This document shows, in pieces, positions 14,470 to 30,443 of a stretch of 64,000 bases of DNA. Source of the stretch: Octopus vulgaris (Eukaryota); the NCBI GenBank assembly GCA_951406725.2, contig OX597833.1:26908001-26972000 (forward strand). The letters are read 5' to 3'. Every line of letters begins with the position of its first letter. The first letter of the stretch is position 1. The notes under the pieces are model-generated. The model had not been told where the DNA came from. It searched no databases and worked only from the letters and a program-made list of their open reading frames with translations. A program made the position numbers and the translations under genes.

Positions 14470-14527
14470 GTTGGGGGGACAAACACAGATACACAAAAAT
14501 ATACACACACATACATATATATATATA

Positions 14528-14566
<39 letters not shown>

Positions 14567-14712
14567 GACGGGCTTCTTTCAGTTTCCGTCTACCAAATCC
14601 ACTCACAAAGCATTGGTCGGCCCGAGGCTATAGTAGAAGACACTTGCCCAACGTGCCACGCAGTGGGCTGAACCCGGAACCATGTGGTTGGTAAGCAAAC
14701 TACTTACTACAC
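14467..14712 (-). mobile_element. SINE family A, 5' part
   Basis: Near-consensus acgacgggcttctttcagtttccgtctaccaaatccactcacaa...gacacttgccca..tgccacgcagtggg. Confidence 0.85.
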
Positions 14713-16148
14713 ACGTGCTCCTACACCTACGTCCAAAACATTTATTTTCCTAATTGCAACATTTGCCTTAGCATTGAGTGCTCTAAAATGTGAAGGCTCT
14801 AGAAGCTTTCGTAAAGCAATAAGAAAACTTCTGAGTAATATGACGGAAACAATATGCGTGTGTGCATGTGTGTGTGCGTATGTATGTGTGTTTGTATGTG
14901 TGTATACATGTGCATTTGTGTGTGCGTGTGTATCAATGGGTGTGTAGTCGTAGGTATGGGTGGGCGGGTAAGAAGCTTTACAACCTTGTGATTTGCGTCC
15001 CACTGCGCGGCACTTTTGGCAACTGTCTTCTACCTATAATTGCGCGCAGACCAATGAGGTGTTAGTAAATTTGGGAGATAGAAACTGTGGGAGATAGAAA
15101 CCCGTCGTATATTTGCGTATATGTGTGTTTGGCCACCGCTCCGTTTGGCAATCGGTGTTGGTTTGCTTAGGTAACTTAACAGTTTGTCGAACGAATTTGT
15201 TGAAATAAGTACAAGATTTAAGCGGTCCACCAGCGATGCCGCAGTCCAATGACCAAAATTCGTCAAAGATACAAGATACGCTTAGTTTGAAATCTGCATA
15301 TATCGATTACATTGCTTCCAGTATATTTGGGTGAATGGTTGTATACAGAATTTAATAATTCCTCGCAAGGTACGACCACTATCGTGACACTGGAGCAATA
15401 AGATAGAGTTTTATATTGAACGATGTAATTAAATGCGTGCGTGCGCGCGTATGTGTGTAACGATGTACATAAGCATGTCATATAAACATGTCTGCCTTGT
15501 TCTATATGTGTAATTAATTCATACATTGAAACATGCATACATACATACATACATACATACATACATACATACATACATACATACATACATACAAACGTGT
15601 GTGGGCGTGAACACGTTTGCATGTTTAAGAAGGTTGAGATTGAATGATTGTGATGCTGACAAGGTGTGATGGAATGACTAATGAGCGAAATAGATGAGTG
15701 TGAAATATTGAATATTGTGCATCAAACTATAAATCACAATTTAATAACCGAAGATCAAAATTTCAAGAAATTTTGTGAACGCATCTTATGTGTGTATGTG
15801 TTTGTGTGTAAGGTCGAGATTCACATCGGAATTATTCGTAGTCAATGGCACTTTATTCCAGATATTTCCATATTCATACATTATCTGAAAGGTTTCTAAA
15901 CATAACTGAATATACGTCGCAGATGTCAAGAAATGCATGCCAGAACAAAACCACTCAGTTGAATTCAACAAGTAGATTTAAATGCAAGAATTTCAGCTAC
16001 CTGCACTTCCTTTATTTCCAAATATTTTGGATTAGCTGGTATTATTCGAGGTATCTTTTCTTTTTCTAATCATGTTATACAATTCTAGACGCTTTGTGTT
16101 TCTAATTTCAAGGATAATCTCAATTAATCTGTTTGTCAAGTTCATACG

Positions 16149-16190
<42 letters not shown>

Positions 16191-16340
16191 TGTATATATG
16201 TGATACGGTCATATATATTTTATTTATGCTAACTTTTTTCTCTAACGTATCTTAACTCAAACATATTGTTGAAGATATATAGATAGATACCAAAATATTG
16301 TGAGTGGATTTGGTAAAAGGAAAGTAAACAAAGCCCTATG

Positions 16341-16373
<33 letters not shown>

Positions 16374-16709
16374 CTTACATACACTTGTGTTTATATATAT
16401 ATATACAAACACACGTACATACACACACACGCACGCACACACACACACACACACACACATAGATTTAGAATCGACTCTAATAATGTAAACAATATTGATG
16501 GCAAATATGTAATGTTTTCTTCAAACACTTTTAGGATGCAGTATTTTTCCAAGGAAAATCTGTTTAAAAGTAGAGTGTTATAAAAGCGAAACAGTGTTTC
16601 GTTGTTATAACACCCTGAGAGAGGGGAAGGGAGAGAGAGAGTGAGAGAGAGAGAGTGTGAGAGAGTAAAAGGGATAAGTTTTATATATATATACATATAT
16701 ATATTTAGC

Positions 16710-16870
16710 CGCAGAAGAAGCTGTGTGGTAAGTAGCTTGCTTACCAATCATATGGTTCTGGGTTCAGTCCCACTGCGTAAGTGACTTGGGTAAGTGTCTT
16801 CTACAATTGCCTCGAGCCAACCAAAGCTTTGTGAGTGGATTTGCTATATGGAAACTGAAAGAAGCCCGTC

Positions 16871-16875
<5 letters not shown>
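16710..16875 (+). mobile_element. SINE family A head
   Basis: gctgtgtggtaagtagcttgcttaccaa...gggttcagtcccactgcgt...gaagcccgtcgta. Confidence 0.85.
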
Positions 16876-16926
<51 letters not shown>

Positions 16927-17257
16927 ATATCAACAATAGTGATAAGAAGGATTATGACGAAGTTGCATAACAATTCTTATATACACAAATTTACATAGAC
17001 CTTACTATTGATAAATATGATATATATATCAAATGAGCGAAACATAACAGTATTCACGAGAATTTTTTTACTAATCTCACCGATAGTTTCCACCCATCTT
17101 TCATCGATTCATCACAGCTACCGATGCTGATGCATCCCGTCAGGTGACTTTTCAAAAGGTAACTCGTTGAATTAACTCGGTTTACCCTGGTTCGATTTTA
17201 CAGCACGTCGTTATTTGCCTCTACGAATTTTACAACAGGCTTCGTGGTTTCACAGGA

Positions 17258-17299
<42 letters not shown>

Positions 17300-17300
<1 letters not shown>

Positions 17301-17457
17301 CACGCATTTTTTCTCTCCTTCTTTCTGTGTTTTTCTCTCTCCGTGTATCTTTCTGTTGAAGAGCGTAGGCTCGAAACGTTAAAGACTTGTTTTATTTATA
17401 TTTCCTGAGCGCCATACTAATACAATTGTTCGTTTGTTTTCCACCTATATATTCCCG

Positions 17458-17458
<1 letters not shown>
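17300..17458 (+). mobile_element. PLE family 1 pLTR fragment in (TA)n, with hammerhead at 17348-17385
   Basis: Near-identical to 31675-31860 apart from an internal deletion; TA tracts on both sides. Confidence 0.8.
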
Positions 17459-17554
<96 letters not shown>

Positions 17555-18054
17555 CGTACATAGGTTTCAATGCGTGCATGTATATTTGCATGTACTTATA
17601 CACATGTATACCCACAATTGCATAAAAATACAGGACTCTATAAATTACGTACGTACCTAGTTCTTTTCATATGCATATATACATCCATTATCTCTTTTAA
17701 ACAATACATTACCTAGCTAGTTTTAAATCATGCAATATATTCTTTCACCATTGAAATTGTTATAAATTCCTCGTTCAAGTTCTACACCCTCTTATCTGCT
17801 TATTTAACGTAACATACATCATTATATTTAATTGTTTAGAATGAGTTGGCTGTTTGTTCCCTGTTGAGGATGTTTCTTTTGTTTGTTTTCCTTTTTTTTT
17901 TCCTTTTTTTTTCTTGTCACAGATAATGGTGGATGTGACTATGTTAGTTTCAGTATACGTGTATGTAGAGAAAGAACAATGTGTGTGAGTGTGTAAATTA
18001 TTAAGGTGGATATTTGCAATTTACAACCGAAAGGCAACATATATTATATATATT

Positions 18055-18706
<652 letters not shown>

Positions 18707-18720
18707 TATATATATATATA

Positions 18721-18945
18721 TATTTCTTTATTGCCCACAAGGAGCTAAACATAGAGGGGACAAACAAAGGGATTAAGTCGATTATATCGACCCCAGTGCG
18801 TAACTGGTACTTTATTTATCGACCCTGAAAGGATGAAAGGCAAGGTCGACCTCGGCGGAATTTGAACTCAGAACGTAACGGCAGACGAAATACGGCTACG
18901 CATTTCGCCCGGCGTGCTAACGTTTCTGCCAGCTCGCCAGCTGCC
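18721..18945 (-). mobile_element. tRNA-derived SINE family B, young full-length copy
   Basis: Minus strand reads ggcgagctggcagaaacgttagcacgccgggcgaaatg...ctgagttcaaattccgccgaggtcgaccttgcctttcatcctttcagggtcgataaataaagtaccag. Confidence 0.85.
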
Positions 18946-18951
18946 AGCGTC

Positions 18952-19031
<80 letters not shown>

Positions 19032-19231
19032 GTGTGCATACGTTTGTGAGTCTGTGTTTAGTACCCCAAATAAGAGTATGTATATGAGAGGGAGAGTAGA
19101 ATAGAAAATGAAAAAGCAAAATCAACATTTAAGTTACATAGAGAATATAAACAAATAACATGTCTAAATATATTTGTTTATAATCAAATATATAAATACA
19201 CATACACATGCACACACACACACACACACAT

Positions 19232-19334
<103 letters not shown>

Positions 19335-19459
19335 TAAACTCACACCTATTCACAAATTTTTGGACGAGTACAGTTCGTCGTCTTTTAAACTCAATTTATT
19401 TCGTTTTGCTTAAGTGTTTATCATATTACTATTATTGCTTGTCACATTAGTGATAGTGA

Positions 19460-20254
19460 GTAGCAGAATCGCTAACACGTCCAACTAAATGCTTCCCAGC
19501 ATTTCTTCCTCCGCCTCTTTATAATCTGTGCTCAAATACTGCGGAGCTGGATTTCGCTTTGCTTTATCTCGGTGTCAATACAATAAATACCAGTTGGGCA
19601 CCAGCGTCGACGTAACCGAATGGCGCAGCACCATATTCCATAAAACTGCTGTTCTTGTAACTAAGTTTGCAACCATAAGACGATAAGCTATCAGCACTGT
19701 TAGCACGTTGGACAAACTGCTCCACGTCTTTTCTTCCGGCTCTTTACATTGCGAGTTCAAAAGCTGCCGTGGTCAACATAGCTTTTCATCCTTTCGAAGT
19801 CTATAAAATTAGTACCTGTAGATGTAATCGAGTACCCGGCTCCTAACATTTTAGGCACTGAGCCTATAATAGTAAAAAACTTATTTTCATTATTGCTAAA
19901 GCGGCAACTTGACAGAATCGTTAGAACATGGCACAAAGTGCCGTGCGGTATTTCTTCCGACATTTTAAATCTCGGCATCCGTCTTCGGCTTCACCTTTCC
20001 TCCTTTGGGTTTCGATAAACGTGTCGCTATTCTTGTTCAAGCTATTGCTATTCACGGAACCCTATACACAAAATTGCTGGCCTTGTGACAAAATTTGACA
20101 TTTTGTCTGTTTTTACGTTGGGAGTTCAGATTCTGCTGCAGTCGATTTTGCCTTTCAAATCTTTTGAAGTCGATAAAATTAGTACCAGTTGATTTTGGTA
20201 TCAACTTGACTGACTTAATACCTCCCCTAAATTTTCAAGCATATAGCCGAAAGG

Positions 20255-20308
<54 letters not shown>

Positions 20309-20315
20309 GTTATTA

Positions 20316-20372
<57 letters not shown>

Positions 20373-20552
20373 GTCGGTGAGCTGGCAGAATCGTTTGCAA
20401 ACTCGCCGAGGTCGACTTTGGCTTTCATACCTTCGGGGTCGATAAATTAAGTATCAGTGAAACAATGAGGTCGATGTAATCGACTTAATCCCCTTCCCGC
20501 AAATTCCAAGCCTTGTGCCTATATTAGAGCATTATTGTTGTTGTTGATGTTG

Positions 20553-20601
<49 letters not shown>

Positions 20602-21050
20602 GGTAGCACGCTGGACGAATTGCTTAGCGGTATTTCGTCTGCCGTTACGTTCTGAGTTCAAATTCCGCCGAAGTCCACTTTACCTTTCATCCTTTCGGGG
20701 TCGATGAATTAAGTACCAGTTATGCACTGGGGTCGATTTAATCGACTTAATACCTATGTCTGTCCTTGTTTGTCCCCTCTATGTTTAGCCCCTTGTGGGT
20801 AATAAAGAAATAGGTATTTCACCCGTCACTACGTTCTGAGTTGAAATTCCATCGAGGTTGACTTGGCTTTTCAGCGTTTCGGGATAGATAAAATAAGTAC
20901 CAGATGAAAACTGCTGCTCTTTTCGCAAAATTTGAAATAATTATTATTATTGTTATTTTTAAGGCATCCTCCAGGGATCGATAAATTAGGTACCAGTTGA
21001 GCACTGGAGTCGATGTGATCGAGTATCCCCCTCCCCCACAAGATCCAGTT
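19460..21050 (+). mobile_element. Cluster of 7 or more same-orientation family B SINE copies/fragments interspersed with (ATT)n
   Basis: Repeated gcagaatcgttag...gctttcatcctttcg..gtcgataaa..agtaccag blocks; (ATT)n at 20257-20372 and 20557-20600. Confidence 0.75.
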
Positions 21051-21264
21051 CTTGTTTCAGTCATTTGACTGCGGCCATGCTGGAGCACCGCCTGTAGTCG
21101 AGCAAATCGACCACGGGACTTATTCTTTGTAAGCCTAGTACTTATTCTAACGGTTCTTTTACCGATCGGCTAAGTGGGTCATAATCACACCAGCATCGGT
21201 TGTCAAGCAATGCTAGGGGGACAAACACAGACACACAAACAAACACACACACACACAAACATAC

Positions 21265-21334
<70 letters not shown>

Positions 21335-21490
21335 GACAGTCTTCTGTCAGTTTCCGTCTACCAAATCCACTCACAAGGCTTTAGTCAGCCCGAGGCTATA
21401 GGAAACGACACTTGCCCAGGGTGCCACGCAGTGTGACTGAACCCGGAACCACGTGGTTGGTAAGCAAGCTACTTACCACACAGCCACTCG
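21050..21490 (-). mobile_element. SINE family A, full length
   Basis: Head, internal CA/TA tract and 3' part are all present. Confidence 0.85.
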
Positions 21491-21954
21491 TACGCCAATT
21501 ATTATTCATGTTTAGTTGTTATTGGTATTGTTACTCTTATGCTGGCACTGTTACTGCTACTGATTTTGTTGCCATTAACACTGTTGTTCTTGTTTCTGCT
21601 GTTATAGAGTCTGTAGTTGTGAATCAAATTGTTTCAATCATTCCGGATGTTGCTGGGAGCGGGCAGGGTTGGGGAAAATAACACCAAACTGTATATTTTC
21701 CTCTTCTTTCCTTTTCTTTTAAGTCTTTTAAAATAATATTTTCATTTCCAGCATTTTCGAAAATAATTGTTTATTCAATGAAATAAGTAACTCGAGATTC
21801 TACTTAAGAATAATGTGCAATAACTGAAACGAATTAATGATAATTGTAATGTTACTACTGCTATTTCAACTATACTACTACTGCTGCTACTACCACTGCT
21901 ACTACTACTTCTAATTATAGAAATAATAACAAACTTATGGGAGCTATATGTAAT

Positions 21955-22165
21955 AATGATTTCAAAATTTAGCACAAGGCCAAAAATTTTGGAGGAGGAG
22001 TAAGTCGGTTACATTGATTCCAGTACTAGATTAGTTTGTATTTTATCGACCTCGAAAGGATGAAAGGCAAAGTCGACCTCAGTGGAATTTGAACTGAGAA
22101 CGTAAAGTTGGGCGAAAAAACAAAGCATTTTGTCCGGCGTGTTAACGCTTCTGCCATCTCGCCGT
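21955..22165 (-). mobile_element. SINE family B
   Basis: ttttatcgacctcgaaaggatgaaaggcaaagtcgacctc..ggaatttgaactgagaacgtaa. Confidence 0.8.
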
Positions 22166-22168
22166 CTA

Positions 22169-22432
<264 letters not shown>

Positions 22433-25189
22433 GATGATGATGATGATGATGATGAGGAGGAGGAGGAGGAGGAGGAGGAGAATGATGATGGTGATAAACT
22501 TTTCTAATATGGGCATCAGTGGGCTAAACATTTGAGGGAAAGTGACAATCGATCACAGTGCGCGACTGGTACTTATTTCATTAACATCGAAAGGATGGAA
22601 GGCAAAGTCAACATCGGAAGGCTGAGGCGACTCCCATGAACAATTGGCTTACGTTTAAGTGACCATTTCTTCATAAGCCCGATATAGATTATCACTCCCA
22701 CCTTCGCAAAAATATATTGATGGAATTAGTGCCACTTCCGCTAGATAATGAGATGATAAAATTGATTTTGCATCATATAAATTCTTCTTCCTTCACCATT
22801 GTATTTGAAAAGTTGAAAATGTTGGAAGCCGTTTCAATGTTAAGAAGCATGCTGATTTTTCCATCTCCTTTACCGCATCTATAAGGAACACTTTATTAAG
22901 GGACGCAGTACGTTTAAACGGGATAAAACTTCACAACATTATACGATTAAATTCTATCACCCAGTTAAATACTCACAACAATAACTTATACAGGATTAAA
23001 TAAAGTATTAGCATAAAAGATAGGAGAAATCAGCATTGAAGGGAAGATTAAACATAGAATCCAGATGAAATATTAACAAAAAGAAGGTGTTTTATAACTA
23101 CACATCTGTAAACACTGAAAATTATAAAACAAAAACAGAATTTACTTTAAGCAACAGATTAAAAAGGTGTAACACACGAGAAATATGATATTCTTAAAAG
23201 CTCTCATTTGAAAATAACCCATAAAAAATTCTATAGTAAAATCAATAAAAATAATCGTAAAACAATAAAAAGTAATATGATACCCCACTCAACGAACATT
23301 AGAAACATTTTTTGAAATCAGTTTTTGTAACAAAGCCAATAGTTAGCTGGAGGGTCCGTAGCAACAAGAGAAAGTGAAAAGCCATTGCCATGAAGCATTT
23401 CAAGATCTGATTAAACGAGGCAAACAGACCAGTCGGGAGCATGATTTGAAACACTACAGCGCGGAGACAGCACAAGACCTGGAAAGATGTTCTGTCCACA
23501 AATAAACTCAAGGCTAAAGAATTATGAAGAGTCGAGGTGCTAGTCGATTAAACTGCTCCCGGTATTTGACTGGTACTTTATCCACAGAAACGGTGCAAAG
23601 TAAATTTTACCTCAGTTGGATTTGACCAAATGTAGTGCAAGATATTTTGTGCAGCGCTCAACCTATTCATTTACTCTGTCACCCTTTCAAACGTGTTGGT
23701 TATGATAAAATAATATTGATAAATGATAAAATAATGATAGTGATAAACTAACATTAAGAAAGTTTAAAATGTTACTTTTAAATTCTCATATATTTATAAG
23801 CTAAAATCAGACACTTCAAAGTGAAAGAAGAAAAATACTGAGAAATTTAAAATTCAATTTTAAAAGTCTGTTCACTGATAGCATAAATGTTTATATAATA
23901 ATCTGCAATATTTCTGGTGATGACGTGTAAGTGTTAGCATGTTGACATTTGGAATTCAATAAATTCGTATCACGATTATTAGTCTCACAGCCAACTTTTA
24001 ATAAAACAGAGTAAAATTTTATGAACTAAAAGTCTAGCATGCTTAATGTATATTTTTTAAATTAAATTTTACTTCAAAATACATTTGCTGTTGTTTTGAG
24101 ATTTTGTTTAACCCATGAACAGTCCATGTTCAAAAGTCGTTTAGAACTATAACGTTACAGTGTCCTTTGTCTATTAAGAAACTATCATAATTTGGTAAAG
24201 ATTTAACCTCTATTTATAGCTGACTCAATCATCACGTTAGGTTAAGTTTTGCCTCGTGTTGATGCTGTAATTAAGTGAATACAATGGTTTATAAAATAGG
24301 TCTCAAGAAAACACGTTTCGATTGGGGTTAATTGTACAACTATGGGTATGCAGGGATTTTGAGAAATACCCCACGGAGGGAGGACCATTCCCTGCATAGT
24401 TACGGGCTGTCCCTTGGCAAAGCATAGCATCCGTGGCGAAGTCATGGGACTGCAGCATGGTGAATTGTGAAGAGGTAGTTGAAGAGCTCAACTGAGTCAA
24501 CAGTGCTTCTTACATTGATGCTGAGCGGAGGAATCCAAGAAGATCAATGATCAGGAACACTAATCTCTACCAAGAGAGTAATTGGAGCGCATCCTTAGGG
24601 GTTGCGTCGGTTGTCGTGAATGATTCACTATGACTCAAGCTCTCAATTCAGATTCGTAATAATGGAATTGGATGTCGACAGAGAGTCATGGGAATCATTG
24701 AAAGCAGTGAAACTAATTCTAACTAATTGTACAAGTGATTGTCTCGAAACCCAGCATTGGCCTACTACTTTGGTTACCTACCCTTGGAAGATATAAGGCA
24801 GGGTTCACCTCGCTTAGTTTTCCATATGAAGGGAAATCTAAAAATAATTTTTTCCGAGCGGAACTGGAAAACCTTCGTTTGCTCGTCCGAACACTTAAAG
24901 CTTCATTTCTGTAATGAGAACGAATTTTTGCTGATTCTATTGCTGAAAAAACTTTTTGCGAATTCATACAGAATGCAGTGTTTGACATGAGTCTCATCAA
25001 AATTCATTTTAAAAGAGTAAAATCGCTTCAAATCTAATATAGTATAATATAATCTCCAAAGAAAGACGAAACATCAGACTGTAAACATTAATGTTTATTT
25101 TAGAGTACCTACCTAAAAGTAACATCAAAGTAATCACGCCAAACTTGGGGCAGGAATTCCTTTCCAGCCAAAGATATATATTGGCTTTT

Positions 25190-25407
25190 ATTTTATCTTT
25201 TACAAATTTCAGTCATTAGACTATGGTCATCCTGGGGCACCGCCGTGAGCAATTTTAGTAGAACTAATCGACCCCTAACATATTTTATTTTTAAGCCTGA
25301 CACTTATTTTATCTATTTTTTGCCGAACCGCTAAGTTACACGGTCGTAAACACACCAACGCCGGTTGCCAAGCGGTGATGCGGAACAAAAACGGGCACAA
25401 ACACAAA

Positions 25408-25441
<34 letters not shown>

Positions 25442-25610
25442 TGTATGTATATGTATACGTGAGGCTTCTTTCATTTTCCCTCTACCAAATCCACTCACAA
25501 ATCTTTGGTCAGCCCTAGGTAGAAGACACTTGCTCAAGGTGTCACGCAGTGGGACTGAATCTGGAACCATGCCATTTGGGAAACAAACTTCTTATCGCAC
25601 AGCCACGCCA
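25190..25610 (-). mobile_element. SINE family A (diverged)
   Basis: Head at 25455-25610, 3' part at 25190-25400. Confidence 0.8.
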
Positions 25611-26619
25611 GCAACGAAAATGCTTCGACATCGCCTACGAGTATCGAACGCTGCATCTACTGCAAACCGTTTAGCCGTACTTAAATAGTAAACTATTCAA
25701 CAGTTTTATAATTTTATTTGGTTTTATATTCAAATCAAAACTCTTGATTTGGTTGAAAATATGATTCAATGGTTAATAGTGATGTTTTAAGCATTTTTAA
25801 ATATATTCCACTCATATTTTTCAATTTCTTTTCTTTTCCGTTTGTTTTCTAGATTTTCTTTGTTTTGTATTTCGTTTTCATTTTTCCAGATAAGTGAACA
25901 TTAACGGAAGTGCCTCATTGTGAACTAACACGCATGAAAAAAAACAGTGTTGCAAAACAAAATGTAAAGAAAAAATATGAAACGAGACGAAACGAAGCGA
26001 AAACTAACTAAAATAACTGTTGTTAGCACTCAGTGGTATGATTCCAAGAACTAAATACCTAAACAAAAGAATCAATGCAAAACTAACGTGACTAATGAAA
26101 ATGCAGGTTGAAGAATGAATTCAATAATGTATGAATGTTTCTTTCTTGCACAGAAAACCAAAATAAAAACTATAAATATACTAATATGAAATAAAATACA
26201 ACAGAGAATTTTAACTTTTTGGTATGAAAGAGTGAAAAAAATTATATTCTTACCGTAAGATCTTTTGTGAAGGAACGAAAAATGAAGGAGTTGGTGAAGA
26301 AGAACAAACGAAAAATAAAAAATAAAATTTGGAAAGACCTATCTTAATTAGATGCTTGCTCAGATGCTTCCCTTTCAATAATTCTTAATAATGACCCACA
26401 TCAGTTCTTTTGTGTTTTTATGTTGGTGTGTAGAGGGTGGAGGTGCAGGATATTGCAGTTACTGATTGATCAGCTACAGAAGTTCAAAAAGAGAAAATAG
26501 CCAACGAAAGGACTTCATTAACGAGCCAATAGCAAAGCGATTAAGCAGTTGCTTCAATCTACTAGACGTAACAACCAAATATCTTTCAAAGTGCATTCTG
26601 CCACCTTGCAAGAGGAAGA

Positions 26620-26660
<41 letters not shown>

Positions 26661-26918
26661 CCGTGGTAAATAAGAAAACAAAGAAAATCAAATCGACATA
26701 AAATGTTTACGGACGAAACAGCTGTTAAACTACAACAGCAAGAAAACTGAATCACATAAAAAATTTGTTATTGCTTTTCCAAATCTCCCCTGCTTAAGTA
26801 GAGCTATGATTAATGGTGTTCGGACACGTGACCGTCTCGTGTTTTTGTTTCTACGTATGATTTATGTATAAATATATGCCCATATATATATACATACATA
26901 CATACATATATACATAGT

Positions 26919-27009
<91 letters not shown>

Positions 27010-27638
27010 GACTGAAGTCACTGTCGAAATACTTCTGTTACTTGACGAAGATTAAGGTGCTGCTGCTAGTAGATGGAGCCACCCTATAGTGACTTTCTAG
27101 TTGGCATTTTCATCAACGTCAGAAAAACAAAATACAATGTCTGCTCCTTGTTAGAGTTGAGATCAGATTGTAAACATTTCATTTGCTTCTCACTTCCGTA
27201 GGCAGGGGGGAAATAGAAAATGAAAAGCAATCGTAAACAGAATTTTAACGTACTTTTATAGAAGGAACTTCAGCCACAAATGAACTGACGTAACTGCTGT
27301 AGTACACTACCTACACACCAACAATATATAATGGATGTTCGTTGGTCTCGACGATGATTATTCAGCTATTCGAGCGATTGAACTACTTGTTCACTATATT
27401 TCGCAGCTGCATATTTTGTTCATTCACGTGAATCCTGAAAGTAATTCTTATGGTGGAACAAGCATATGACGATGCTGAACATCTTAACGCCTAAAACAGT
27501 CCATGCGGCGTATTTCCCCACCGAATTTCGCTCTCAAAGTTTGGATCAACCTAAGACTATAATAAAAGACATTCTCTCAAAAGATCATACTGTGTAATCT
27601 AACCAGCATCATGTCATTGAAAGTCACGATATCTACAC

Positions 27639-27927
27639 CAGCGGCTTCCAAACTTTTTCAAGCTGCCTCCGCCTTGGCACCCAGGTCACATTCCTAGCGC
27701 CCCTTTTTCCCAATCACCACCACAAACATAGACCACTTTCTACAGCAAATTCAAAACACCTGTATTACATAATTTAAATTTAACCTAATTAACGCATTAA
27801 TTTGGAGTTTTTTACATCCATTGCTTCCTTTTTAGCTACTCCATTATCACCTCACTTTTTTCAATATGCCTTGGATCATTCTACCTCCCCCCCAAGGGGA
27901 CAGTAACTCCCACTTTGGGAACCACTG
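27639..27927. mobile_element. hAT (Charlie-like) MITE
   Basis: TIRs cagcggcttccaaac / ctttgggaaccactg; 8-bp TSD atctacac / atttacac. Confidence 0.85.
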
Positions 27928-29890
27928 ATTTACACACTACATTACTTCTGACACAATATCCCCCCACACAAACACACACATATATACACGCACAATAGGC
28001 ACACATTTACCTATGATTCACTCCTCACTTTTAACTACATATCCTCACCTTCTAGCTACCAGCGGAGTTCATTAAAAGAGAGACAAGAAATACGCTTTGC
28101 TGTTTATGTGGCTTCAGGTTTCATCCTACTGCGTAGTACTTTGGGGAAGTGGAATCTAGCAGCGTCTATGATAGACGGGTGCCCAGTGAGTGGAAATTTA
28201 CACATGGAAATCAGGTTGGTGAAAAATAGATTGGTTAGAAACTCCGAGTTGTAGCCACTTAAGTTAACAACTGCTTAATCACGAATATAAGCTCCATACG
28301 TTGTACTAAGTTTCTATACAAACATGTTATTCATGCGTGTATTTTGACAAAATATGTAAACATGAGCGAGAAAACCGATAAAACGACTTTGGAACGAAAT
28401 CTCTTGTGATATTTGTTCCCTTCGAGTTACTCAAACAATTCATTGTTACTCTAATCTTCAGAAATAGAGAACAAGTGAGTGGTACGTTGGAAACATACAA
28501 TCGAGGAAGCCGTTACCACATGACACAAGAAAGGTGTTTCTAATACTTGCACAAAACACCGATTTCTATAAAATGGTTATTGTAACTTGAAGTGGCCTCA
28601 GTTAAAAGCTGGTGCCTATTCAAGCGGATGAGAAATTCTTTAGCTGTTTGGTTGAGCTGCAATAAAATAGCTGGCCAATCTCCCTCAAATCACTCCCTTA
28701 ATGACAATTGGATGAAGCGAAAGACATATTAAATAACATAGTATGATAGTAGAATCTGAGGAACTAATGTTCTGTGCCTGTAAATTGTAAAACAGCTACT
28801 TGTAACTGTATAGTAATTTGCATACTCTGAGGAAAATAACAAGCAAGTCATTAACCCTTCATCGGAGGCAGAAGTAATTCTTATCGGTTTTATTTGATAT
28901 ATAAGTTAGGATTGAACAAACACTGTTTGTTCATAGATGGACACAGTCAGATTTAATTACAGGCCTAATCAATAACGAAAAAAAAACAAAAAAATATATT
29001 TATCTTTATTTATTTTATTTTATTTTATTTTTTATCGTGAGTGACAGGAATGTCAACATTGAGTCCTTTCAGGTTAGAACTTGGAAATCATGGAAGAAAC
29101 AGCAACACTGAAGAACTAATCAATGCAATGCAAACATTTTTGACATGCTCTTTCCTTTCCATAACTTGTCCATATGTTGTGTACGGGCTTGTTTGAATTT
29201 TACGATTTGTTCGTATTGACAAGTGATTTGTTTTTGTTTCTTTTTCTTTTTAGTGTAAGGTGTCCAGTTCACGGCCTCCACAGCCTCCACCTTGTCTCTT
29301 TGAGTCCCGGACCGATGAACTGGCTAAACTCATCCTTACTGACCATGATTACGGAAGCGCTGGCTGGTCCTTATCAATATTTGTTACATTTCCTGCACAT
29401 CTGAGTGTGTTCATCTAGAAGTGGGATGTAGTCGATAAAGTTCATCTCTGCAGTGTGCTGACACTTATTTTATCAATTCCAACTGTGATGAATGGTAATG
29501 TAGAGCTAAGGGGATACAAAACTCAATTTGACCGTCTAACGTGTTTACCACAAATCTTGCCACAGTGAAATCAAATTAGGTACCTTTCGATCAAAGCTTT
29601 GACAGAATGGTCACCAACTGGAAAAGCTTAATGACCCAGTGACCCATTCTTCGAGAATGAGGCGGGATCATGCACAAGAACAGCAACCCACAGAATTCTT
29701 TATTGGTTTGAGCTTTGTGCAAAGTAATGGCTAAGAAAATTTTAAAAAAAACATAGTGACCCAAATACCTAATCTTCGACTGACAGACGCTGACTTAATT
29801 ATTATTCTTTCCAATTAATTATGCGCCGATATTTATTTTATATTCCTCCATTTATGAAAAATCTAATAACTGATAATCATCCCCACGTCC

Positions 29891-29941
<51 letters not shown>

Positions 29942-30231
29942 TTCTCTTTATTCTTTCACCCTATTCTCCCCCTTACCTTTTACTTTTTCACCGTATTTTG
30001 ACACAAACTTTCCCGCTCTGTTTCATCCCCTCCCCAACTACTCCGTCCACAACTAACAACTTACTAAATGTCAAAGTATTACGAATACTTTCTCGTTTAT
30101 CTCTTTAGATATTGAGGTTTATTAGATTTATTTGGCCTGAAGTGTTAATTGGATAAACATCATATATTTATACATGTATCTATGTATGTATTTATATATA
30201 TATGTATGTGTGTATGTCTGTATGCATACAT

Positions 30232-30274
<43 letters not shown>

Positions 30275-30275
30275 T

Positions 30276-30339
<64 letters not shown>

Positions 30340-30340
30340 G

Positions 30341-30443
<103 letters not shown>

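Noticed and set aside
22620-23300. Possible very old PLE RT/GIY-YIG remnants (also a possible RLE-LINE end at ~7850-7950)
   Set aside because: Only 5-10 residue resemblances; cannot be supported without a search.
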